From: Arenimonas sp. | GTDB lineage: Bacteria; Pseudomonadota; Alphaproteobacteria; Rhizobiales; Rhizobiaceae | DNA length: 64,000 nucleotides | Assembly (NCBI GenBank): GCA_019459145.1 | Contig: JAIBEK010000060.1 | Span: 34,759 to 98,758, forward strand | Direction of reading: 5' to 3' | Part shown: positions 1 to 8,346 of the stretch, piece after piece | Position numbering within the stretch: position 1 is the first letter of the stretch | Layout of the letters: each line of letters opens with the position of its first letter | Notes under the pieces: generated by a model | What the model was told of the DNA's origin: nothing | The model's database searches: none | The model's input: the letters and a program-made list of their open reading frames with translations, nothing else | Translations under genes and position numbers: made by a program

Positions 1-586
1 CCTTCAACAGGATCGCCGTCTCGGCGGTCTCGGCATCGGTCATGCCGGCCACCGGTTCGTCGACCAGCAGAAGCTTGGGTTCCTGCGCCAGCAGCATGCC
101 GATCTCCAGCCATTGCTTCTGGCCATGGCTGAGATTGGCGGCGAGATCGCCCTTTCGAGCCGTCAGTCGCACCGTTTCAAGGATTTCCTCGATGCGCAGC
201 TTGTCCTCGGCCGTCAGCCGGTAGAACAGCGTGCCGAACACGCCGCGATCACGGTTGAGCGCCAGCTCGAGATTGTCCCACACGGTATGGCTCTCGAACA
301 CGGTCGGCTTCTGGAACTTGCGGCCAATGCCGAGCTGGGCGATTTCGGCCTCGTCCTTCTTCGTCAGGTCCACCTCGCCGTTGAAGAAGACCTCGCCGCT
401 ATCGGGCCGGGTCTTGCCGGTGATGATGTCCATCATCGTCGTCTTGCCGGCGCCGTTCGGGCCGATTATGGCGCGCAGTTCTCCCGGCTCGACGACGAAG
501 GACAGCGAATTCAGCGCCTTGAAGCCGTCAAAGGAGACGGACACGCCGTCGAGATAGAGGATGCTCGTCGGTTTATTCTCGTTCAT
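1..586 (-). CDS. urtD: Urea ABC transporter ATP-binding protein UrtD, N-terminal ~195 codons (3' end runs off the left window edge)
   Basis: Absent from the ORF track because it is truncated. Hand translation of the reverse strand from ATG at 586 gives MNENKPTSILYLDGVSVSFDGFKALNSL..GPNGAGKTT (Walker A)..LSHGQKQWLEIGMLL..LLLVDEPVAGM (signature, Walker B). Starts 5 nt downstream of the urtC stop. Confidence 0.85.
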   Translation of the reverse strand, partial: MNENKPTSILYLDGVSVSFDGFKALNSLSFVVEPGELRAIIGPNGAGKTTMMDIITGKTRPDSGEVFFNGEVDLTKKDEAEIAQLGIGRKFQKPTVFESHTVWDNLELALNRDRGVFGTLFYRLTAEDKLRIEEILETVRLTARKGDLAANLSHGQKQWLEIGMLLAQEPKLLLVDEPVAGMTDAETAETAILLK

Positions 587-591
587 GGCAT

Positions 592-1764
592 TCACTCCGC
601 AGCCTGTCCGAGCGGCAGCGCCGCATCGGTTGCCTTGTCATTGTTGGCGGCATGGTCCGCCGCTTTGCGCTCCCGGCGCACGGCCAGCCGCTGCTGGATC
701 GTGCCGACGACGCCCTTAGGCAGGAACAGCGTCACGCCGATGAACAGGCCGCCCAGCGCGAACAGCCAGAGTTCGGGAAAAGCTCCGGTGAAATAGCTCT
801 TACCCGCATTGACCATCAGCGCGCCGATGATCGGCCCGATCAGCGTGCCGCGCCCGCCGACCGCCGTCCACACCACCACTTCGATCGAGTTGGCCGGCGC
901 GAACTCGCCCGGATTAATGATGCCGACCTGCGGCACGAACAGCGCGCCGGCGATGCCCGCCATCATCGCCGAGACGACGAAGGTGAAGAGCTTGATGTTC
1001 TCGACGCGATAACCGAGGAACCGGACCCGGCTTTCCGCATCGCGCACGCCGACCAGCACCTTGCCGAATTTCGAATTGACGATGCCGGACGCAATCAGCA
1101 GGCAGAGCGCCAGCATCAGTGCCGAAAGGGCAAACAGCACGGCGCGCGTTCCGTCGGCCTGGACGTTGAAGCCGATGATTTCCTTGAAGTCGGTCAACCC
1201 GTTATTGCCGCCGAACCCCATGTCGTTGCGGAAGAAGGCGAGCAGCAGCGCGTAGGTCATCGCCTGGGTGATGATCGAGAGATAGACGCCGTTCACTCTG
1301 GAGCGGAAGGCGAACCAGCCGAACACGAAGGCAAGCAGGCCGGGCACGACCAGCACCATGATCATGGCGAACCAGAACATGTCCATGCCGTGCCAGAACC
1401 ACGGCAGTTCCTTCCAGTTGAGGAAGACCATGAAGTCCGGCAGGATCGGGTTGCCATAGACGCCGCGGCTGCCGATCTGGCGCATCAGGTACATGCCCAT
1501 GGCATAGCCGCCGAGCGCGAAGAAGGCGCCGTGGCCGAGCGAGAGAATGCCGCAATAGCCCCAGACCAGATCGAGCGCCAGTGCCAGCAGCGCATAGCAG
1601 AGATACTTGCCCATCAGCGACACGGCATAGGTCGGGATGTGGAAGACGCTGTCCGGCGGGGTCAGCAGGTTGAGCGCCGGCACGAGGAGCGCCACGCCGA
1701 GAAGAATGGCGACGGCGACGACGATCCTGCCTTCGAGTGCCCTGAAGATGAAGCCCGTGATCAT
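592..1764 (-). CDS. urtC: Urea ABC transporter permease UrtC
   Basis: The track ORF 592..2661 is an artefactual upstream extension. The real start MITGFIFRALEG (ATG at 1764) overlaps the urtB stop (ATGA). LivM-type permease motifs (GILSLGHGAFFALGGY). Position between urtB and urtD. Confidence 0.9.
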   Translation of the reverse strand: MITGFIFRALEGRIVVAVAILLGVALLVPALNLLTPPDSVFHIPTYAVSLMGKYLCYALLALALDLVWGYCGILSLGHGAFFALGGYAMGMYLMRQIGSRGVYGNPILPDFMVFLNWKELPWFWHGMDMFWFAMIMVLVVPGLLAFVFGWFAFRSRVNGVYLSIITQAMTYALLLAFFRNDMGFGGNNGLTDFKEIIGFNVQADGTRAVLFALSALMLALCLLIASGIVNSKFGKVLVGVRDAESRVRFLGYRVENIKLFTFVVSAMMAGIAGALFVPQVGIINPGEFAPANSIEVVVWTAVGGRGTLIGPIIGALMVNAGKSYFTGAFPELWLFALGGLFIGVTLFLPKGVVGTIQQRLAVRRERKAADHAANNDKATDAALPLGQAAE

Positions 1765-3365
1765 GCTTCCACCGCCCTTCCCTTGAGCGCGAAGAGCCCG
1801 CGCGGTCGTTTCTGGATGAAGAGAATGATCAGCACGAGCACGAGGATCTTGCCCAGCACCGCGCCGACCGAGGGTTCGAGGAACTTGTTGAGAATGCCGA
1901 GCGACAGCGCGCCGACAAACGTGCCCCAGAGATTGCCCACCCCGCCGAACACCACGACCATGAATGAGTCGATGATGTAGGCCTGGCCGAGATTGGGCGA
2001 GACATTGTCGATCTGGGAAAGTGCCACCCCGGCGATCCCGGCGATGCCGGAACCGAGCGCGAAGGTGAAGGCATCGACCCAGGGGGTGCGGATGCCCATC
2101 GACGAGGCCATGCGGCGGTTCTGGGTGACGGCGCGCATCTGCAGGCCGAAGGCCGAGCGCTTCATCAGCGTCAGCAGGGCAAAGAAGATGGTGAGCGAGA
2201 ACAGCACGATCCACATGCGGTTCCAGGTGATCGTCAGCCCGCCGAGCGCAAAGGAGCCGGACATCCACGACGGATTGCCGACCTCCTGGTTGGTCGGGCC
2301 GAAGATGGTGCGGATCGCCTGCTGCAGGATCAGCGAAATGCCCCAGGTGGCGAGCAGGGTTTCGAGCGGCCGGCCGTAGAGGAAGCGAATGACGCCGCGC
2401 TCGATCACGAGGCCGATGACGGCGGTGACGAGGAAGGCGACCGGTAGCGCGATCGCCAGCGACCAGTCGAACAGTCCGGGATAGCCGGTGCGGATCACCT
2501 GCTGGACCATGAAGGTCGAATAGGCGCCGATCATCACCATTTCGCCATGCGCCATGTTGATGATGCCCATCACGCCGAAGGTGATGGCAAGGCCAATGGC
2601 GGCCAGCAGCAGCACCGAACCGAGCGAAATGCCGTACCAGACGTTCTGCGCGGCGTCCCACAGCGCCAGATCGCCCTCGATCGCGGCAATCGCCTTGTCG
2701 AGATCGGGTTTCAGGCTCTCGTCGATCGATGAAGAGACCGTCATCAGGATGCCGATCGCCTCGCGCCCGCCGAGCGAGGCGACCCTGTCGATCGCGGCGC
2801 GCTTTTCCTCGACGGAACGGTCGGAGGCCAAAAGCGACACGGCGCGCGCCTCTTCCATGCGGGCCTTGACTTCGTTGTCCGTTTCCTTGGCAAGCGCCGC
2901 CTCGACGAGATCGAGATTTTCCGCGCTCGGCGATTGCAGGACCTGCTGCGCCGCCTGCAGCCGGACTTCACGATCGGGGCTCATGAGCGTCAGCCCGCCC
3001 AGCGCCGAGCGGATGGCGCGACGCAGATTGTTGTTGACCTTGATCTTGGTGAAGGCGCCCTTCGGCCCCTCGCCGGCCGTCTCGCCGGTCAGAGGATCGA
3101 TGGCGGCAAGATTGGAGCCGGCGGCCTTGGTGATGACGACGACGCCATCGGACTTGCGAAGGTAGAGATCGCCCTCGGCGAACGCCTCGAGTGCCGGCAC
3201 GACGCGGGCATCGCCCGTCGCGGCGATCTGCGTCAGCAGTTCCTCGGCCTGTTTGAAATTGGCCTTGCCCAGCGCGTTGATGAGATCCTTCGGATCGCTC
3301 TGCGCCATGGAGGGCACGGCGAGGGAGAGGAAAAGGATGAGTAATGAAATCAGACGAATGAGCAT
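1761..3365 (-). CDS. urtB: Urea ABC transporter permease UrtB (LivH-type core with long periplasmic N-terminal extension)
   Basis: 534-aa ORF. Signal-like N-terminus MLIRLISLLILFLSLAVPSMA, then a ~230-aa soluble segment, then a LivH-like core (INMAHGEMVMIGAY). Gene order is urtA-urtB-urtC-urtD. Confidence 0.9.
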   Translation of the reverse strand: MLIRLISLLILFLSLAVPSMAQSDPKDLINALGKANFKQAEELLTQIAATGDARVVPALEAFAEGDLYLRKSDGVVVITKAAGSNLAAIDPLTGETAGEGPKGAFTKIKVNNNLRRAIRSALGGLTLMSPDREVRLQAAQQVLQSPSAENLDLVEAALAKETDNEVKARMEEARAVSLLASDRSVEEKRAAIDRVASLGGREAIGILMTVSSSIDESLKPDLDKAIAAIEGDLALWDAAQNVWYGISLGSVLLLAAIGLAITFGVMGIINMAHGEMVMIGAYSTFMVQQVIRTGYPGLFDWSLAIALPVAFLVTAVIGLVIERGVIRFLYGRPLETLLATWGISLILQQAIRTIFGPTNQEVGNPSWMSGSFALGGLTITWNRMWIVLFSLTIFFALLTLMKRSAFGLQMRAVTQNRRMASSMGIRTPWVDAFTFALGSGIAGIAGVALSQIDNVSPNLGQAYIIDSFMVVVFGGVGNLWGTFVGALSLGILNKFLEPSVGAVLGKILVLVLIILFIQKRPRGLFALKGRAVEA

Positions 3366-3375
3366 TCTTTTATCC

Positions 3376-3625
3376 CCCGGATGGCGGGGCGGCTGAGCCT
3401 GAAGGGGCCCTCATCCGCCTGCCGGTACCTTCTCCCCGTGAACGGGGAGAAGGGAGATGTGGCATGCCAAGCGAGCTTTACCCCCTCTGGCCTGCCGGCC
3501 ATCTCCCCCACAAGGGGGGAGAAAAATCGCGGCACCCGCATCGATCCCCATGAACCTCGGCGGAGCGGCTAGGTTAAGGCCCTCCCCCTTGTGGGGAGGG
3601 TTGGGAGGGGTATTCGCCCCGAACG
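3376..3625. repeat. RIME/REP-like intergenic hairpin repeat cluster (three palindromic modules) between urtA and urtB
   Basis: Hairpins CCTTCTCCCCGTGAACGGGGAGAAGG, TCTCCCCCACAAGGGGGGAGA and CCCTCCCCCTTGTGGGGAGGG. Module 3407..3454 is near-identical to 12669..12716. Module 3580..3611 is near-identical to 59617..59649. Confidence 0.75.
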
Positions 3626-3633
3626 AGAAGGGA

Positions 3634-4923
3634 TCAGCTACCCTTGCCGCCGCATTTTCCCGTGGCGACGTTGAAGTTGCCGCATTCCATGGGCTTGCGC
3701 CAATCGGAGATCAGGTCCTTGGAGTCGGGCAGGTAGTCGGACCATTCGTCACCGACGACGGCGGGCGTTTCCTGGACGATTTCGAACTGGCCGTCGGCCT
3801 GGATTTCACCGATCAGCACCGGCTTGGTGATGTGGTGGTTCGGCATGACGGTGGAAGTGCCGCCCGACAGGTTCGGCACGGCGACGCCGATGATACTATC
3901 GAGAACGGCGTCCGTGTCGGTGGTGCCGGCGGCCTCGACGGCCTTCACCCAGGCGTTGAAGCCGATATAGGCGGCTTCCATCGGGTCGTTGGTCACGCGC
4001 TTGTCGTTCTTGGTGAAGCCGTGCCAGGTCTTGATGAACTCGGCATTGACGTCGGCATCGACGGACTGGAAGTAGTTCCAGGCAGCGAGATGGCCGACCA
4101 GCGGCGTGGTGTCGAGACCGGCGAGTTCTTCTTCACCAACGGAGAAGGCGACGACCGGGATGTCTTCCGCCTTGATGCCCTGGTTACCCAGTTCCTTGTA
4201 GAAGGGGACGTTGGCGTCACCGTTGATGGTCGAGACGACGGCGGTCTTCTTGCCGGCCGAGCCGAACTTCTTGATGTCGGAGACGATCGTCTGCCAGTCG
4301 GAATGACCGAACGGCGTGTAGTTGATCATGATGTCCTCTTCGGCGACGCCCTTGGACATCAGATAGGCCTTCAGGATCTTGTTGGTCGTCTGCGGATAGA
4401 CGTAGTCGGTACCGGCGAGCACCCAGCGCTCGACGCCTTCTTCGGCAGCCAGGTAGTCGACGGCCGGGATCGCCTGCTGGTTGGGCGCGGCACCGGTGTA
4501 GAAGATGTTGCGCGAGGATTCTTCACCCTCGTACTGGACCGGGTAGAACAGGATCGAATTCAGTTCTTCGAAAACCGGCAGGACCGACTTGCGCGACGAC
4601 GAGGTCCAGCAGCCGAACACGGCGGCGACCTTGTCCTGCGAAATCAGTTGGCGGGCCTTTTCGGCAAACAGCGGCCAGTCGGAAGCCGGGTCGACGACGA
4701 CCGCCTCGAGTTTCTTGCCGAGCACGCCGCCCTTCTTGTTCTGCTCCTCTACGAGCATCAGCATGGCGTCCTTGAGCGTCGTCTCGGAGATCGCCATGGT
4801 GCCGGACAGCGAATGCAGGACGCCAATCTTGATGGTCTCTTCCTGGGCAAGCGCCCCGCTGACGGCGGTGGTGGAGAGCATGGCGCCGAGCAGCGCGCCG
4901 CTGAGTTTCATCTTCAATGCCAT
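3634..4923 (-). CDS. urtA: Urea ABC transporter substrate-binding protein UrtA
   Basis: 429-aa ORF with signal peptide (MKLSGALLGAMLSTTAVSGALA). LivK/AmiC-type periplasmic binding protein (KIGVLHSLSGTMAISE, FGCWTSSSRKSV). First gene of the urt operon. Confidence 0.93.
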   Translation of the reverse strand: MALKMKLSGALLGAMLSTTAVSGALAQEETIKIGVLHSLSGTMAISETTLKDAMLMLVEEQNKKGGVLGKKLEAVVVDPASDWPLFAEKARQLISQDKVAAVFGCWTSSSRKSVLPVFEELNSILFYPVQYEGEESSRNIFYTGAAPNQQAIPAVDYLAAEEGVERWVLAGTDYVYPQTTNKILKAYLMSKGVAEEDIMINYTPFGHSDWQTIVSDIKKFGSAGKKTAVVSTINGDANVPFYKELGNQGIKAEDIPVVAFSVGEEELAGLDTTPLVGHLAAWNYFQSVDADVNAEFIKTWHGFTKNDKRVTNDPMEAAYIGFNAWVKAVEAAGTTDTDAVLDSIIGVAVPNLSGGTSTVMPNHHITKPVLIGEIQADGQFEIVQETPAVVGDEWSDYLPDSKDLISDWRKPMECGNFNVATGKCGGKGS

Positions 4924-5150
4924 TGTCGTGAACCCCTCTTCTTGTTCGCAACCGGTCGGTTAATGAAATTTAACCGTTGCTGAAGAGGACTATCCGACGC
5001 TGCAGTGCAAAACGTTATACGTCGTTTGACGTAGGTCGGGGGGAAAACGAGACCTTGGCGGCGACAACCTTTGGCTTTCGGGCAGGTTGACCTTGCTCCA
5101 TGCTGCGGCCATAGGAGAATCCGAAAACTTAACAAAGGCCAGATTTTCGT

Positions 5151-5705
5151 ATGCCCATGTCTGCCCGCCGGCAGTTTCTCCGCGAACGAACCGGCCCCAT
5201 CCACCAACAACTCGACGAATGCGTCGGCACGTTTTCCGATATTCCCGCCTACCTGCGCTATATCAGGGGCATGCTTGCCTTCCGCCGCCCGATCGAAACG
5301 CAGCTGGCTTCCACGCGCCTGCCCGAAGATTTCGGCGATTTCGCGCCGAACTATCTCGCGGATGCGCTGGAACGCGACATCGCCGCGCTCGGAGCCAACC
5401 CAGCCGTTGCGGCAGAGAGCGGGCGACAGTCTTTGCCGGAGCTGAGCGCCGACGGGCTGCTGGGAACCCTCTATGTGCTAGAGGGTTCGACGCTCGGCGC
5501 AAGGTTGCTCGTCCGGCGCGCAGCCGCGCTCGGACTGGATGCGGGCAATGGCGCCGAACACCTGCAAAAACAATCGTCCGATCTCGGGAACTGGAACGCC
5601 TTTGCGGCGTTGTTGGACTCGGCAAGGGAGGTGGACGACGAGACGATGGCCCAAGCGGCCCTGGCCACTTTCGCCCATGCACTCAACGCCTTCGAGAAAG
5701 CCTGA
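5151..5705 (+). CDS. bphO: BphO-type heme oxygenase (biliverdin-producing)
   Basis: 184-aa ORF with a heme-oxygenase-like core (LYVLEGSTLGARLL). Its stop TGA at 5703-5705 directly abuts the bphP ATG at 5706. Confidence 0.75.
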   Translation: MPMSARRQFLRERTGPIHQQLDECVGTFSDIPAYLRYIRGMLAFRRPIETQLASTRLPEDFGDFAPNYLADALERDIAALGANPAVAAESGRQSLPELSADGLLGTLYVLEGSTLGARLLVRRAAALGLDAGNGAEHLQKQSSDLGNWNAFAALLDSAREVDDETMAQAALATFAHALNAFEKA

Positions 5706-8261
5706 ATGCCGTCCTCCCAGCCCGTCGACCTGACAAACTGCGATCGCGAACCGATCCATGTTCCCGGCAGCATCCAGCCGCATGGCGCGCTCATCGCCTG
5801 CGACGCCTCGGCCGGCGTGATCATTCGCCATTCGGCCAATGCCGGCGAGATGCTCGGCTACGAGGGAGCGCTCAACGACACCAATCTGACGGTCGCGCTC
5901 GGCGGCATGGCGACCCACGCCATCCGCAATGCGCTCGCCGCCGCGCCAGAGGCTTCCCGGCCGGCGCTTCTGCCCCAGCTGGCAATCGGCAATGGCCGCG
6001 TCTTCGACGTCACCGTCCACCGCCATGCCGGCCATGCCATCCTCGAATTCGAGCAGCCCGACGCCGACGTGCTGCCCTTGCAGCTTGCCCGCGAACTGAT
6101 CGGCCGTATTCGCAAGACCAAGGATACCGACGAACTGCTGCGCAAGACGACCATCCTCTTGCGCGCCGTGCTTGGCTATCACCGTGTGATGATCTATCGC
6201 CTGGAGCATGACGGCGCCGGCAAGGTGGAGGCGGAGGCCAAGCGCGGCGGCCTCGAGAGCTTTCTTGGCCAGTATTTTCCGGCAAGCGACATTCCGCAGC
6301 AGGCCCGCGCCCTCTACATAAAGAACCCGATCCGCATCATCTCGGATTCTCGCGGTGACCGCACCCCGATCGAACCGGCCATCGACGCCTCGGGCGAGCC
6401 GCTCGATCTGTCCTATGCCCACCTGCGCAGCGTCTCGCCGATCCATCTCGAATATCTGCGCAACATGGGCGTGGGCGCGTCGATGTCGATCTCGATCATC
6501 GTCGACGGGGCGCTTTGGGGGCTGATCGCCTGCCACCACTATGCGCCGAAAGCATTGAGCATGCCGCAGCGGGTCGCCGCCGAGATGTTCAGCGATTTCT
6601 TCTCCATGCACCTGCTCGGCCTGTTGCAGCAGCACAAGCTGGAAAACGTCGCCACCGCACGGCGGGCGCTGGACCGATTTTTCCAGCGCGCCTCTGAAAA
6701 GACGGAGGTGTTCGAACTGATGTGCGACGCGCTGCCCGACTTCCGCGAGGCCCTGCCCTGCGACGGCATCGGCTTGTTCCTGCAAGGGCAGTGGTGCGCG
6801 ATCGGCGACACGCCGCCGGCGACGGCCATCGAGGACCTCGCGAATTATATCTCAGGCGTCGGTGAAAAGAGGGTCTGGGCGACCCATCGCCTTTCCCAGA
6901 TCTATCCTCCCGCCGAGGATTTCCACCGCGAGGTTTCCGGCGTGCTGGCCGTTCCGCTGTCCCATATTTCCACCGATTGCCTGCTGTTCTTCCGCAAGGA
7001 ACGGGTGGAGACGCTCAACTGGGCCGGCAATCCGGACAAATCCTATGAAAGCGGACCACTGGGCGATCGCCTGACCCCGCGCAAGAGCTTCGCGATCTGG
7101 AAGGAAACGGTGGAGCGCCAGTCCGAGCCGTGGAGCGATGCCGATCGCGAGATCGCCGCCGCCGTGCATTCGGCCACCGTCGAGGTCGTGCTGCGCCACA
7201 GCGAGCTGATGCAGGAGGAGCGACTGAAGGCCGAGGTCCGTCAGCGCCTGCTGAACGAGGAACTGAACCACCGGGTGAAGAACATCCTCGCGGTCATCAA
7301 GTCGCTGGTGGCGACGCCGGCGAAGGAGGGTGCGACGCTCAAGGAGTACACCACCTCCCTCAAGGGCCGCATCCAGGCCTTGTCCTATGCCCATGACCAG
7401 GTCGTCCGCGGCAGCGGCGGCGGCGAGATCAAGGGCCTTCTCGAGGCCGAACTCTCGCCCTATCGCTCCGCCAGCGGTGCGATCCGCCTCGATGGACCGC
7501 GCGTGCAACTCGACGGGCGTGCCTTTGCGGTGGCTGCCCTGGTCTTCCACGAACTCTGCACCAATGCCGCCAAATACGGGTCCCTGTCGACCCAGGGGGG
7601 CAGGCTCGACATTGCATGGCGTGCCCGCACGAACGGTGATCTCGAGGTGACCTGGCAAGAAAGCGGCGGGCCGCCGGTGGAAATCCCGCGCACCCGCGGC
7701 TTCGGCACGGCGCTGATCGATCGCAGTATCCCCTTCGATCTCGGCGGCAAGAGCACGGTCACGTTCGACCCGGCAGGCCTCAGGGCAAGCCTGGTCTTCC
7801 CCGGCCGCTTCCTGCACCTGCAGGAGGACAGCGAAGCCAGGACCGAGGCCAAGGAACAATCCCACCCTTCAACCAGCCTGAAAGGAATTGACGACATGTC
7901 GCTCTTGCTCGTCGAGGACCAGGTCCTCATTGCGATGGATGCGGAAGCCATGCTGGCCGAACTGAATGTCGGCAACGTCGTCACGGCCAATTCCAGTGGC
8001 ATGGCACTCGACCAGTTGAAGACCTTCAAGCCGGATTTTGCCCTGCTCGACATCAATCTCGGCATCGGCACCTCCGTTCCGGTGGCGGAAGAGCTGATGA
8101 GACGCGGGGTCCCCTTCGTCTTCGCCACGGGCTATGACGATCGCACCTCGCTGCCGGCCGAATTGCTGAGCGTGCCGGTCGTGCGCAAGCCCTACGACAC
8201 GGAACAGCTGCGCAAGGCGCTCGGCGCCTATCTGGAGAAGGCTGGGGGCGAGGTGCGCTAA
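5706..8261 (+). CDS. bphP: Bacteriophytochrome with HWE histidine kinase and C-terminal receiver (Agp2-like architecture)
   Basis: N-terminus VDLTNCDREPIHVPGSIQPHG carries the biliverdin-binding Cys and PAS signature. GAF/PHY region (IPQQARALY, SVSPIHLEYLRNMGVGASMSISI). HWE kinase core (LNHRVKNILAVIKSL ... TWQESGGP). Receiver (LLLVEDQ..LLDINLG..VRKP). Confidence 0.9.
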   Translation: MPSSQPVDLTNCDREPIHVPGSIQPHGALIACDASAGVIIRHSANAGEMLGYEGALNDTNLTVALGGMATHAIRNALAAAPEASRPALLPQLAIGNGRVFDVTVHRHAGHAILEFEQPDADVLPLQLARELIGRIRKTKDTDELLRKTTILLRAVLGYHRVMIYRLEHDGAGKVEAEAKRGGLESFLGQYFPASDIPQQARALYIKNPIRIISDSRGDRTPIEPAIDASGEPLDLSYAHLRSVSPIHLEYLRNMGVGASMSISIIVDGALWGLIACHHYAPKALSMPQRVAAEMFSDFFSMHLLGLLQQHKLENVATARRALDRFFQRASEKTEVFELMCDALPDFREALPCDGIGLFLQGQWCAIGDTPPATAIEDLANYISGVGEKRVWATHRLSQIYPPAEDFHREVSGVLAVPLSHISTDCLLFFRKERVETLNWAGNPDKSYESGPLGDRLTPRKSFAIWKETVERQSEPWSDADREIAAAVHSATVEVVLRHSELMQEERLKAEVRQRLLNEELNHRVKNILAVIKSLVATPAKEGATLKEYTTSLKGRIQALSYAHDQVVRGSGGGEIKGLLEAELSPYRSASGAIRLDGPRVQLDGRAFAVAALVFHELCTNAAKYGSLSTQGGRLDIAWRARTNGDLEVTWQESGGPPVEIPRTRGFGTALIDRSIPFDLGGKSTVTFDPAGLRASLVFPGRFLHLQEDSEARTEAKEQSHPSTSLKGIDDMSLLLVEDQVLIAMDAEAMLAELNVGNVVTANSSGMALDQLKTFKPDFALLDINLGIGTSVPVAEELMRRGVPFVFATGYDDRTSLPAELLSVPVVRKPYDTEQLRKALGAYLEKAGGEVR

Positions 8262-8303
8262 CCGCATTGAACGCTTGCTTTTCGGCACGATCCCGTGAAG
8301 ATT

Positions 8304-8346
8304 GCCTAATTATCAACCCTCTGGAAGACGAGGCTACTAATTAGGC
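8304..8346 (+). promoter_or_regulatory. Perfect 9-bp inverted repeat GCCTAATTA-N25-TAATTAGGC ending at the kinase start codon
   Basis: Arms at 8304..8312 and 8338..8346 are exact reverse complements. The purine-rich GAAGACGAGG lies in the loop, and the ATG at 8347 follows immediately. AT-rich in a GC-rich context. Confidence 0.35.

Noticed and set aside
1765-2661. Upstream extension of the urtC ORF (track ORF 592..2661, 689 aa)
   Set aside because: The extension overlaps urtB in another frame and translates to Arg/His/Pro-rich nonsense. The genuine UrtC N-terminus MITGFIF starts at 1764, coupled to the urtB stop.
3376-3625. Possible CRISPR array, suggested by repeated GC-rich palindromes
   Set aside because: The modules differ in sequence and are not regularly spaced direct repeats separated by unique spacers. 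Copies are dispersed across the window and there are no cas genes. They fit REP/RIME-type intergenic elements.
4960-4974. TTAATGAAATTTAA upstream of urtA as a CtrA box
   Set aside because: The spacer is 6 nt, not the 7 nt required by TTAA-N7-TTAA. The site is better described as part of the CGGTTAA-N6-TTAACCG palindrome.
3457-4983. 508-aa plus-strand ORF, and similar long ORFs at 5478..6785(-), 14590..15786(+), 17843..19279(+), 34092..35657(+) and 60770..62719(+)
   Set aside because: All are antisense or out-of-frame shadows of genes with clear family motifs (urtA, bphP, braC, braE, the 823-aa protein, hpaE). They show GC-skewed Arg/Gly/Asp/His-rich composition.
4924-5150. Sigma-54 promoter and NtrC sites for the urt operon
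   Set aside because: No TGGCAC-N5-TTGC or TGCACC-N5-GGTGCA match was found by eye on the relevant strand. This absence claim is weak and needs a proper matrix scan.
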